Source of the DNA: an uncultured Chloroflexia bacterium
GTDB taxonomy: Bacteria; Chloroflexota; Limnocylindria; Limnocylindrales; CSP1-4
Length of the DNA: 64,000 nucleotides
Reading direction: 5' to 3'
Assembly: GCA_963721765.1 (NCBI GenBank)
Contig: CAVRJP010000002.1
Span: 112,474 to 176,473 of the forward strand
Numbering within the stretch: position 1 is the first letter of the stretch; the number at the start of each line of letters is the position of its first letter. Positions 18,701 to 27,303 of the stretch are shown piece by piece. A program made the translations under genes and the position numbers. The notes beneath the pieces were generated by a model that saw nothing but the letters and a program-made list of their open reading frames with translations, was not told where the DNA came from and made no database searches.

Positions 18701-19365
18701 CGTACCTCGGCGACCCGCGCGCGGAGGAGCGCGAGTTCGACCTCGCCCTCACCCGGCCGGTGATCGCGAACAGCGCGCAGGCGACGACCTGGAACCTCGC
18801 GGCGAAAGCCGACGCGCTCATCGCCCAGGGCAGGTTCGACGAAGCGTTCGACGAGGCCGAGAGGGGTCGCGCCGCGTCCGCCGAGAACGAGCTCGGCCTG
18901 CTCGCGGGCCTCTTTGCCGCGGCCGGCGCGGGCGACCCGGAGCGAATCGGGAAGATCCGCGAGCTGATCGTCGCGTTCGGAGGCGAACGAGTTCCCGCCG
19001 GGCGGGGCTACATCGCCGCTGCGGACAGCCTCGTCGCGGCGCTGGGCGGCCGCTGGACCGAGGCCCGTTCCCACCTGCTCGCCGCGCGCCAGCTGCTCGA
19101 GGAGGTCGGGGAGGGCCTCGCGCTCGGCCGGTTCCACCTGGCGATCGGCCATCTCGCCGAGAATCGCTTCGCGGAGGCGGACGAATCCCTGGCGAGGGCG
19201 ACGGCCTGGTTCGCCGAGCTCGGTGCCGCCGGTTACGTCGATGCGTACCGTGCGGCCGCCGCGCGCCCGGTCGCCGGCATCCGCGCCGCGCCCGAACCCG
19301 TGCCCGGCCTCGTGCCGGACGTTGCGGTGGCGGAGCCGGTCGAATCGGTGCGCACGGCCGGGTAG
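15730..19365 (+). CDS. Multidomain signalling protein: double zinc ribbon, class III adenylate/guanylate cyclase domain, AAA ATPase and TPR-like repeats
   Basis: ATG at 15730. Two CxxC..CxxC ribbons (CLACGTQ..CVECG and CAVCGTV..CGQCG) are followed by a PGG-rich linker, a cyclase homology domain (VSVVFVDLVGFT..KFIGDAVMAVWG), a Walker A motif GVAGIGKS, and a long helical repeat C-terminus. Confidence 0.85.
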   Translation: MSLIACLACGTQNDADRRFCVECGNRLSSGCAVCGTVNPPDAKFCGQCGNNLAAPGGLAAPGERGAPGGLGLPGGVGAPAPVVPAALAAPIAERRLVSVVFVDLVGFTTASEGRDAEDTRDLLTRYYDSAREIVSRYGGTIEKFIGDAVMAVWGTPSAHEDDAERAVRAALELVNAVPRIEGAGPLLQARAGVLTGEAAVSIGLVGQGMIAGDLVNTASRLQSAARPGTVLVGEATYRAASRAIAFEHVGEKELKGKEHTVEVWEAVGVVARRGGEGRSAMLEPPFVGRDDELQLLKDLFHATAREGKPRLVTLAGVAGIGKSRVLWEFEKYLDGVVENVFWHAGRSPSYGEGISYWALAEMVRGRAGIAKSDDQATARERVRETVGGFVADEAERRWIEPRLLGLLGLEPLPGESREELFAAWRTFFERIADQSPVILGFWDLQWADQGMLDFVEHLLAWARSSPILVFAEARPELFDRRPDWGRAQRSATLMHLGPLAETDMRGLLAGLVPDLPPEPMRRIVDRAEGVPLYAVETLRMLLDRGVIEARGSHFTLNGELPELVVPETLHALIAARLDSLPPEERGLLADGSVLGLSFTLPALVAVAHLPPDTVNDLVDALIRRELLIHDVDPRSSERGQHRFLQGVVREIAYQSLAKKSRQAKHLAAARHFESLAEEDLAVVRASHYLAAFQATSPGPEADALAAQARVALRAAADRASALHDLVGALASLEQALLVTPDPVERASLHERALVVGGDAAEFGRALDHGEQAVSLYQERGDRLGVVRTRARQATVHHMEHHDQLAITMLRELIADAADLGPTPEIALAQTELARALMLSGSSVEAVAWCDRVLAHPDVAAPDVLLEALITKGTALQNDGRVVEAEALLRGAIAIADAGTNLAAGLRARNNLRVLVQWTDLRQALALSHEVRDIALKFGVRSWVLHGIASSMDVTYRLGDWEPFDEATKAEIANGGEFYDGWFELESHRRQTYLGDPRAEEREFDLALTRPVIANSAQATTWNLAAKADALIAQGRFDEAFDEAERGRAASAENELGLLAGLFAAAGAGDPERIGKIRELIVAFGGERVPAGRGYIAAADSLVAALGGRWTEARSHLLAARQLLEEVGEGLALGRFHLAIGHLAENRFAEADESLARATAWFAELGAAGYVDAYRAAAARPVAGIRAAPEPVPGLVPDVAVAEPVESVRTAG

Positions 19366-19384
19366 CGCTCTACCATCCGGATCG

Positions 19385-20821
19385 ATGGCCGTCGGCTCTT
19401 CCAACGACTTCGATCTCGTCGTCCTCGGCGCCGGCACAGGCGGCTATTCGGCGGCCTTCCGAGCAGCGCAGCTCGGCCTGAAGGTCGCCCTCGTCGATCA
19501 GGCGAAGATCGGCGGCACCTGCCTCCACATCGGCTGCATTCCGACCAAGGCCCTTCTCGAGTCCGCGGCGTTCGCCGAGAAGGTCCGGCACGCGAAGGAA
19601 TACGGTGTCGGGGTCGACGATCCCGTCATCGACTACGTCCGAATGGCCGAGCGGCGCGACCAGGTCGTGAAACGGCTCTGGACCGGCCTCAAGAGCCTCG
19701 TCGACAAGAACAAGGTCACTTGGATCCAGGGTCGTGGGCGGTTGGATGGCGCGACGACCGTGCGGGTCGCGATGGCTGCCGACGGCGACAACCCCGGCGG
19801 TGAGCGCGTCCTCAAGGGCACCGACGTGATCCTCGCCACCGGCTCCCGCGTGAAGTCGCTGCCCGGTCTCGAGCCGGACGGCAAGCGGATCATCACCTCC
19901 GACGACGTCCTGACCACCAACACGCTGCCGAAGGACGTGATCGTGGTCGGGGCAGGAGCGGTCGGAGTCGAGTTCGCCTCGATGTACCAGGACCTCGGCG
20001 TGAAGACGACGCTGCTCGAATACCTGCCCGGGCTCGTGCCGCTCGAGGATCGCGAGGTCAGCCAGGCGCTGGAGCGGTCGTTCACGCGCCGCGGCATGAC
20101 GGTCATGACGTCCGCTCGATTCGACGCGAAGGCCGTCAAGGTCACGAAGACCGGCGTCTCGATGCTGGTCGGGCCCGAGGGCAAGGAACCCGCCGAGCTC
20201 AAGGCCGAGCAGCTGCTCGTCGCCACGGGTCGGGCGCCGAACGTCGAGGACGTCGGGCTCGAGACGACGCGAGCCGAGCTCGACCGCGGGTTCGTCAAGG
20301 TGGACCTGAAGACGATGCGGACGCGGGAACCGCACCTGTACGCGATCGGCGACGCGATCGGCGGGCTGATGCTCGCGCACACTGCCGGTCACGAGGGCAT
20401 CCTGGCCGCCCACACCATCGCGGGCGACAAGGACACGCACCCGATCGACTACGTCGAGCAGCCCCGCGCGACCTATTGCCGGCCCGAGATCGCGTCCGTC
20501 GGGCTCACGGAGCAGCAGGCGCAGGAGCAGGGGCTGCCGTTCAAGGTCGGCAAGGTCCCGTTCCAGGCGATCGCCAAGGCGATCATCGGCGGCGACTACG
20601 AGGGCTTCGCCAAGGTCATCGGCAACACTGAGACGGGCGACACGATCGGCGTGCACATCATCGGGCCGCACGCGACGGATCTCATCGCCGAGGCGTCGCT
20701 CGCGTTCACGCTCGAGGCCACGCCATGGGAGATCGGCGCGACGACCCACCCGCACCCGACGCTCAGCGAGATCGTCGGCGAGGCGGCGCTCGCCGTCGAT
20801 GCCCGCTCCATCAACTTCTGA
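19385..20821 (+). CDS. lpdA: Dihydrolipoyl dehydrogenase (E3)
   Basis: ATG at 19385. FAD fold DLVVLGAGTGGY, redox-active disulfide GGTCLHIGCIPTK, and C-terminal HPHPTLSE motif. Confidence 0.92.
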   Translation: MAVGSSNDFDLVVLGAGTGGYSAAFRAAQLGLKVALVDQAKIGGTCLHIGCIPTKALLESAAFAEKVRHAKEYGVGVDDPVIDYVRMAERRDQVVKRLWTGLKSLVDKNKVTWIQGRGRLDGATTVRVAMAADGDNPGGERVLKGTDVILATGSRVKSLPGLEPDGKRIITSDDVLTTNTLPKDVIVVGAGAVGVEFASMYQDLGVKTTLLEYLPGLVPLEDREVSQALERSFTRRGMTVMTSARFDAKAVKVTKTGVSMLVGPEGKEPAELKAEQLLVATGRAPNVEDVGLETTRAELDRGFVKVDLKTMRTREPHLYAIGDAIGGLMLAHTAGHEGILAAHTIAGDKDTHPIDYVEQPRATYCRPEIASVGLTEQQAQEQGLPFKVGKVPFQAIAKAIIGGDYEGFAKVIGNTETGDTIGVHIIGPHATDLIAEASLAFTLEATPWEIGATTHPHPTLSEIVGEAALAVDARSINF

Positions 20822-20956
20822 TGGCGGATGCGCTGATCCGGCCCCGGCGCGGCGTTGGTCGCTGCGCGCGCCCGCTTACGCACGTTCAAGTGCGCGCGCG
20901 GGCGTGCTCGCGACCGCCTTGCGCCGCGACCGGCTGAGCGCATCCAGGATGGCTTG

Positions 20957-22102
20957 ATGGCGGCGACGAAGCCGAAGGCGGGCCCGAAGGCATCGTCGAA
21001 GCGCGTGGAGGGCGAGTCGGACCTCGCCGCATCGGTCGGGCTCACCGACGACGACCTCATCGGCATGTACCGGGTGATCGCGACGGCGCGCGCGGTCGAC
21101 GAGCGCATGTGGATCCTCAATCGCGCCGGCCGCATCCCGTTCGTGATCAGCGGGCAGGGCCACGAGGGCGCGCAGGCGGCGATTGCCTGGCCGCTCGAGC
21201 GCAAGAAGGACTGGATCGCGCCGTTCTACCGCTCGATCGCCACGTGCCTGGCCTTCGGGATGCGAGCCCAGGACATCCTGACCGCGCAGTACGCGAAAGC
21301 GATCGACCTGTCCTCGGGTGGGCGGCAGATGCCCGGCCACTACGGCAACGTGGCGAACAATCTCGTCTCGCTGTCCTCGCCGGTCGCGACCCAGATGCTC
21401 CACGCGGTCGGGATCGCGCTCGCCGCGAAGATCCGCAAGACCGGTCAGGTCGCGATGACGTCGATGGGCGAGGGTTCGTCCAACCAGGGGGACGTCCACG
21501 AAGGCCTCAACTTCGCCGCGATCCACAAGCTGCCGTTCATCCTCTGCGTCGAGAACAACGGCTACGCGATCAGCGTGCCGGTGTCGCGCCAGCTCGCCGT
21601 CCCGGACGTGGCGGCTCGCGCGTCGGGCTACGGCATTCCGGGCGTGATCGTCAACGGCGCGGACGTGCTGGAGTGCTATCGAGCGGCGAAAGAGGCCGTT
21701 GACCGGGCTCGGCGCGGCGACGGGCCCACGCTGATCGAGGCGAAGGTCATCCGCCTCACCGCCCACTCGTCGGACGACCAGCAGACGAAGTACCGCTCTG
21801 CCGAGGAGCTGGCGGGCCTCACGGAGGAGGACCCGCTGCCGCGCTTCCGTGGCGAGCTTCGGGACGCCGGCGTGCTGACGGAGGATGGGGAAGCGCGAAT
21901 CGTCGCGGAGGTGAAGGCCGAGATCGACGAGGCCACGGACTACGCGGAGAACGCCGACGACCCGACCCCCGACACCGCGATGCGATGGGTCTTCGCCGAG
22001 GACTGGCCGGGCGAGTCGCCGCCGCCGTGGGGCTTCGGCGGCGGGCACGGCATGGAGGGCCACGAAGGGGACAAGTCGGCGGCCGAGGACGCGGTCGACT
22101 GA
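20957..22102 (+). CDS. 2-oxoacid (pyruvate/branched-chain) dehydrogenase E1 component, alpha subunit
   Basis: ATG at 20957. TPP-binding region GEGSSNQGDVHEGLNFAA...NNGYAIS. Substrate specificity cannot be called from sequence alone. Confidence 0.88.
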   Translation: MAATKPKAGPKASSKRVEGESDLAASVGLTDDDLIGMYRVIATARAVDERMWILNRAGRIPFVISGQGHEGAQAAIAWPLERKKDWIAPFYRSIATCLAFGMRAQDILTAQYAKAIDLSSGGRQMPGHYGNVANNLVSLSSPVATQMLHAVGIALAAKIRKTGQVAMTSMGEGSSNQGDVHEGLNFAAIHKLPFILCVENNGYAISVPVSRQLAVPDVAARASGYGIPGVIVNGADVLECYRAAKEAVDRARRGDGPTLIEAKVIRLTAHSSDDQQTKYRSAEELAGLTEEDPLPRFRGELRDAGVLTEDGEARIVAEVKAEIDEATDYAENADDPTPDTAMRWVFAEDWPGESPPPWGFGGGHGMEGHEGDKSAAEDAVD

Positions 22103-22136
22103 TGCTCGCCGTGGCGCCTCCCGGCGCGGTTCGCCG

Positions 22137-23120
22137 ATGGCCCTGAAGACATTCATCGAGGCGATTCGCGAGACGCTCGCCTCCGAGATGCGCCGCGACG
22201 ATTCCGTGATCCTCCTCGGCGAGGACGTCGGGTTGAAGGGCGGCGTGTTCCTGGCCACCGACGGCCTGTTCGGCGAGTTCGGCGCGGACCGCGTGATCGA
22301 CACGCCCCTCTCGGAGTCCCTGATCATCGGGGCGTCAATCGGCGCGGCGATGAACGGTCTTCGCCCGATCGCCGAGATCCAGTTCGCGGACTTCATCTTC
22401 CCGGCGTTCAACCAGCTCGTGTCCGAGGCGGCGCGGATGCGCTACCGCTCGAACAACGGGTTCGGCGTCCCGATGACCGTTCGTGCCCCGTACGGCGGCG
22501 GGGTCCACGGCGCGCTCTACCACTCGCAATCGGTCGAGGCGTACTTCTCCCACGTGCCCGGCCTGAAGGTCGTGATCCCATCGACCCCGTACGACGCCGC
22601 GGGCCTGCTCCGATCGTCGATCCGCGACGACGACCCGGTGCTGTTCTTCGAGCACAAGAAGATGTATCGCTCCGTCCGGGGCGACGTGCCCGCGAACGAA
22701 TACGTCGTGCCCCTGGGCAAGGCCGCGATCACCCATACCGGCACCCAGATGACGGTCATCGCCTACGGTCTCATGGCCCACTACGCGCTCGAGGCGGCCG
22801 ACGTCGTGGCGGAAGAGGGGATCAGCGTCGAGGTCGTCGACCTGCGCACGCTCCGCCCCCTCGACAAGGAGACCGTGCTGTCGTCAGTGAAGAAGACGGG
22901 CAAGTGCCTCGTCGTCTACGAGGACAATCGCTTCCTCGGTTACGGCGCGGAGATCTGCTCGATCGTCGCCGAGGAGGCCTTCGATTACCTCGACGGCCCC
23001 GTCTCGCGCATCGCCGGCCCGGACGTCCCCGGCGTCCCCTACAACCACGTCCTCGAGGACTGGTTCATGGTCAACCCCGAGAAGATCGCCAACGGCATCC
23101 GCAAGCTCGCCGCCTATTAG
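22137..23120 (+). CDS. 2-oxoacid dehydrogenase E1 component, beta subunit
   Basis: Typical E1-beta N-terminus (MALKTFIEAIRETL..LLGEDVG..GGVF) and the motif DTPLSE. Confidence 0.9.
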   Translation: MALKTFIEAIRETLASEMRRDDSVILLGEDVGLKGGVFLATDGLFGEFGADRVIDTPLSESLIIGASIGAAMNGLRPIAEIQFADFIFPAFNQLVSEAARMRYRSNNGFGVPMTVRAPYGGGVHGALYHSQSVEAYFSHVPGLKVVIPSTPYDAAGLLRSSIRDDDPVLFFEHKKMYRSVRGDVPANEYVVPLGKAAITHTGTQMTVIAYGLMAHYALEAADVVAEEGISVEVVDLRTLRPLDKETVLSSVKKTGKCLVVYEDNRFLGYGAEICSIVAEEAFDYLDGPVSRIAGPDVPGVPYNHVLEDWFMVNPEKIANGIRKLAAY

Positions 23121-23311
23121 CCGCTGACTCGCGACTGGCGGGCGTTGCCGGCGCTGCGCCTCCAGTCCGGGCCTCCGGAAGCCCTGCCGGCGCTGCATCG
23201 CCGCTCCGCGTCGCCTAGCAATCCGCCTGCTGTTATCCGGACGCTCCGGCTCTTCTCGTGTCAGCTACGAAACACCGTCGTGGTAGCCACCTTCACCACG
23301 AAATCGCGGTG

Positions 23312-23478
23312 CACCTACGAAGGACGCTCGTGCTATCCACCTCTCGCTGGGCGAAATGGCCCCACGGCCAGCCAACCTGAACGTCGGGCGCGACGCCGGC
23401 ACGGGCGCGGAGGCGGTCTACGTGACAATCGTTGGATACAACGAGCCTCATTGCTAGGTGATCGGCGGGTAAGCGACA
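23312..23478. repeat. Copy 1 of a ~150-170-nt intergenic repeat with 17-nt imperfect terminal inverted repeats
   Basis: GACGCTCGTGCTATCCA (23323-23339) and TGGATACAACGAGCCTC (23433-23449) are 14/17 complementary and lie 94 nt apart. The element is homologous to 29787..29937, where the arms are also offset by 94 nt. Confidence 0.65.
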
Positions 23479-23495
23479 GCGGCGATGATCACCGA

Positions 23496-24230
23496 ATGCC
23501 TGATACCGGAACCGGCGCTCGCTTCCGAGCCATCCGTCATCGCCGTGGCTGGAGACAAGCCGACCTCGCCGAACGGGCAGGCGTCTCACAGGGCGTGATC
23601 TCGCTGATCGAGCGGGGCCGAATTCGAGGACGTCACGATCCGAAAGCTGCGCCGGATCGCGCGCGAGCTTGATTCCGAGTTCACCACGCAGCTTCGGTGG
23701 CGGGGAGGCGACCTCGATCGGCTCGTGGATGAGGCGCACGCGACCATCGTGGGCCGAGTCGTCGCGATGCTTCGTAGCGACGGCTGGGACGTGCGGCTGG
23801 AGGTGTCCTATTCGATCTACGGCGAGCGCGGCTCGATCGACGTCCTTGCATGGCATCCGCAGGGGCGGTTGCTGCTCGTCGTCGAGGTGAAGAGCGACCT
23901 AGTCGTGGTCGAGGAGACACTCCGCAAGCACGACGAGAAGGTGCGACTGGCACCAAGGATCGCCGGCGATCAGTTCGGATGGCGGCCAACGAGCGTCGGC
24001 CGACTCCTGGTTCTGCCGTCGGTTTCGACGCAGCGCCGTCGCGTCGAACGCCATGCGACGGTGCTGGACGCCGCATACCCGCTGCGCGGCTTGAGCCTTC
24101 GTCGGTGGCTGGGCCGGCCGACGGACGCTGTGTCGGGGCTCCTGTTCATCGACGTCGAGGGCAGGTCATCATCTGGCCGCGAGGCGATCAGTCGCAGGCG
24201 GATCAGGCCGCCACACATCGAGGCGGCTGA
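23496..24230 (+). pseudogene. XRE-family HTH fused to a YraN/PD-(D/E)xK nuclease-like domain; frameshifted, 3' end unresolved
   Basis: ATG 23496 gives MPDTGTGARFRAIRHRRGWRQADLAERAGVSQGVISLIERGR. At GAATTC 23620-23625 the sense continues in the +1 frame (FEDVTIRKLRRIARELD...GERGSIDVLAWHPQGRLLLVVEVKSD, a D...ExK nuclease-fold motif). That frame has no stop until 24762 and would run through the next gene, so the real end is unknown. 24230 is the next stop in the adjacent frame. Confidence 0.5.
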
Positions 24231-24253
24231 CGCCGAGACCTACAATCGGGGCC

Positions 24254-24706
24254 GTGAGCGAGACGGCAAATCCCGCCTTCGACGCGGCATTCGCGCGCCT
24301 GAAAGGCATCCTCGAGCCATACGGCCGGAGGATGCACATTTCCAGCGAAGGCCCGGATGGCTATGGCGTCGACATGGCGCCGGAAGCCGAGCGCAATCCG
24401 ACGACCTGGTTCGGCGCGGTGCGTCGGGGGAAGGCGTACGTCTCGTTCTACCTGATGCCGATCTACGTCGACCCCGCGATGCTCGACGATGCCTCTCCCG
24501 AGCTCAAGAAGCGGATGCAGGGCAAGTCGTGCTTCAACTTCAGGGCTGTCGACGAGAAGCTCTTCGAGGAGCTCGAGGACCTCACTCGACGAGGCTACGA
24601 GCAGACGGCCGGCGATCCGGCGTGGGGCGTCTCGCAGCGCGAGAAGCACGACATGGCCTACCGCAAGGCGATGTCCGACCGCCGGCTCGCGCGCACGAAG
24701 TCGTAG
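24254..24706 (+). CDS. Hypothetical protein, DUF1801/YdhG-like (tentative)
   Basis: 150-aa ORF with coding-like composition. The pattern KAYVSFYLMP...GKSCFNFRAVDEKLFEELEDL resembles the YdhG-like fold. It is paralogous to the next gene. Confidence 0.55.
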   Translation: MSETANPAFDAAFARLKGILEPYGRRMHISSEGPDGYGVDMAPEAERNPTTWFGAVRRGKAYVSFYLMPIYVDPAMLDDASPELKKRMQGKSCFNFRAVDEKLFEELEDLTRRGYEQTAGDPAWGVSQREKHDMAYRKAMSDRRLARTKS

Positions 24707-24713
24707 TCGGGCG

Positions 24714-25079
24714 GTGGCGGATCTCAACAAGGTCGAGGCAGAGCTCCGCGCGATCCTCGTGACCTATGAGGACGTGCTCGAAGCGGCCGAGATCTACGGC
24801 ATGGAAGTGCTCCGTCGACCCGGCGGCAAAGCGCACGACTGGTTCGCGGGGGTCCAGCAGGTCAACGGCACGGTCAAGCTCAATCTCCTGCCGATGCACA
24901 CCTACCCCCAGATCATGGACGGCGTGTCGCAGGAGCTCCAACGCCACCGCACCGGCGCATCAGTCATGAAGTTCGCCGAGTACGTCGAACCGCTGTTCGA
25001 AGAGCTCGAAACCCTCGTGAGCCGCGCGTTCGATGCCTACATGGGAAAGCCTGCGGCACCCTCGTCATCGAGCGCGTGA
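24714..25079 (+). CDS. Hypothetical protein, DUF1801/YdhG-like paralogue (tentative)
   Basis: GTG at 24714 in ORF 24489..25079. The stretch TVKLNLLPMHTYPQIM...GASVMKFAEYVEPLFEELETL parallels the preceding gene. Confidence 0.5.
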   Translation: MADLNKVEAELRAILVTYEDVLEAAEIYGMEVLRRPGGKAHDWFAGVQQVNGTVKLNLLPMHTYPQIMDGVSQELQRHRTGASVMKFAEYVEPLFEELETLVSRAFDAYMGKPAAPSSSSA

Positions 25080-25648
25080 CCTCGCGCGCCGCGAGTGACC
25101 GATCCCTGACGGACAGGCAGGAAGGGACGCTCGTTCGGCTGCGTGACGTGACGCTCGCGGAAGCCGACCTGTACGACCGCCTGCAGGGGGTCGAGAAGGC
25201 GGACGGCGGGTTCAACGACTTCGGCGTTCCGTACGCGCCGGTCGACCGCGAGGTCCTCGCCAACGGGCCGCTTCGGAACGAGCGCAACGGGGTCATGTTC
25301 ATTGAGCGTGTCGATGACGGCGAGGTCGTCGGTTCCGTGGGCTGGCGCAGGGTGACCTATGGGCCGAACGACGAGTCGGCCGCCTGGATGTTCGGGATCG
25401 ACATCGTCGCCGACGCGCGCGGGCGCGGCTATGGCACGGAGGCGCAGCGACTCATCGCCGACTACCTGTTTCGCACGACACCCGTCAACCGCGTCGAGGC
25501 CTCGACCGATGTCGAGAACGTGGCCGAACGACGCTCCCTGGAGAAGGCCGGCTACACGCCCGAGGGCGTCAACAGGGGGGCGCAGTATCGGGCCGGCGCA
25601 TACCACGACCTCATCCTGTACGCGAAGCTCCGCGACGATCCGCGCTGA
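25076..25648 (+). CDS. GNAT-family N-acetyltransferase (RimJ/RimL-like)
   Basis: Acetyl-CoA-binding motif ARGRGYGTEA followed by NRVEASTDVENVAERRSLEKAGY. The start overlaps the upstream stop (GTGA). Confidence 0.8.
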   Translation: MTSRAASDRSLTDRQEGTLVRLRDVTLAEADLYDRLQGVEKADGGFNDFGVPYAPVDREVLANGPLRNERNGVMFIERVDDGEVVGSVGWRRVTYGPNDESAAWMFGIDIVADARGRGYGTEAQRLIADYLFRTTPVNRVEASTDVENVAERRSLEKAGYTPEGVNRGAQYRAGAYHDLILYAKLRDDPR

Positions 25649-25753
25649 TGCGTCACACGAGCGCCATGCCCACGACGGCGATATGGGCGAAACTAGGCCG
25701 AAGCATCGGCGCAGCAGCCTGCGAGGACTCGACCGTCAAAGGAGCCTGATCCA

Positions 25754-27303
25754 GTGGCCAAGGTGACGATGCCGCAGCTCGGCGAGAGCGTGGCCGAGGG
25801 GACGATCGGCAAGTGGCTGAAGAAGCCCGGCGATCACGTGGCCAAGTACGAGCCGCTCCTCGAGGTCATCACCGACAAGGTCAACGCCGAGGTGCCGTCG
25901 CCGTTCGAGGGCGTCCTGAAGGAGATCCTCGTCGAGGAAGGCGCGACGGTCCCGAACAACGCCGAGATCGCGGTGATCGAAGAAGCGGGCGCCGCGGCTG
26001 AGTGCCTCGACGAACGGCTCGGGCGCTCCCGCCGCGAAGGCCGATGCGCCAAGTGCGGCATCGAAACAAGCCGAAGCGCCGCCCGTCGAGGACCCTGCGC
26101 CAGAACCCTCCACGGAGGCGAAAGCCGAGTCGACGAACGCCGCGGCCGACGTCGGCGATGGCCAGCAAGCGCGCCCGCGCACGGCCGCGCCCGACCACAG
26201 CAGCGCCTGCCAACGGGCCCGCGGGCTCCGACGAGCGTGCCACCCAGGACATGCCAGGCAGCGCGGATGCCCGGATGACCCCGGCGGTCCGGCGCCTCCT
26301 TCGCGAGCACGGCCTCACGGCGGCCATGATCGTGGGGACCGGCGGAGGCGGACGGATCACCCGCGAGGACGTGACCGACTTCGTGGAGAGCCAGCGAACC
26401 GGCAAGGCCGTTGGAAGGCAGGACGCGTCGCACGGGGCCCGCAACGACGCCCGCGGGAGCGGGCCAGCCGCCGCTGCCCCGGTCGGGCCGGGCAGGGGAG
26501 GAGAGCCGGCAACCGCGGCGCCCGCGCCGCGCGCGCCTGCCAGCGCCTCCGCGCCCGCCACGCAGGCGAGTTCGTCGATCGCGTTCCCCGAGGGCGCCGA
26601 CGAGGTCCTCGTCCCCATGACCCAGATGCGCAAGGGCATCGCCGCGCAGATGACCCGCGCCCTCCAGGTACCTCACGCGTACGTGCAGATGGAGGTCGAC
26701 GTCTCGAACCTCGTCAAGCTGCGAGAGCGCGAGAAGAAGGGCTACCAGGCCCGCGAGGGCATCTCGCTGAGCTTCGTGCCGTTCGTCGTCAAGGCGTCGG
26801 CCGAGGCGCTCAAGCGCAACCCGACGTTCAACGCCCACTGGACCGAGAACGGGCTGCTCGCCAAGCGGCGGATCAACATCGGCATCGCCGTGGCGGTCGA
26901 TGACGGCCTGATCGTTCCGGTGATCCGCGACGTCGACAACCTGTCGATCAGCGGTCTGAACAAGTCGATCGCCGAGGTCTCCGAACGGGCGCGCGCAGGC
27001 AAGTTCAAGGTCGATGACTTCGGTGGCGGCACGTTCACGGTCGACAACACCGGCTGGCTCGGCACGAACATGGTCATGCCGATCATCAACGTGCCCGAGG
27101 TCGGGATCGTGACCATGGACCGGATCACGAAGCGGCCGGTGGTCGTCGAGACGCCCGACGGCGACGTGATCGGCATCCGATCGATCATGAACATGGTCCT
27201 CGGGGTCGACCACCGGGCGAACGACGGCGCCGGTGGGGCCGCCCTGCTGCGTGACATCAAGAGCTGGCTCGAGGCGGTCGGGCCGGACACGGCGATCTAC
27301 TGA
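25754..27303 (+). pseudogene. Dihydrolipoamide acyltransferase (E2), read in three frames (two +1 shifts in the linker)
   Basis: The lipoyl domain (MAKVTMPQLGESVAEGTI..EVITDKVNAEVPSP) is in the frame of ORF 25754..26278. An Ala/Pro/Glu linker (ASTNGSGAPAAKADAPSAASKQAEAPPVEDPAPEPSTEAKAE) is in the third frame from about 26000. The E3-binding domain (MTPAVRRLLREHGL) and catalytic domain (DHRANDGA) are in the frame of ORF 26002..27303. Span length is 3n+2. Confidence 0.8.

Noticed and set aside
23145-23495. The upstream part of ORF 23145..23672 as coding sequence
   Set aside because: The translation (..SGPPEALPALHRRSASPSNPP..) has no coding character, and the region is occupied by the structured repeat. 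The HTH protein begins plausibly only at ATG 23496.
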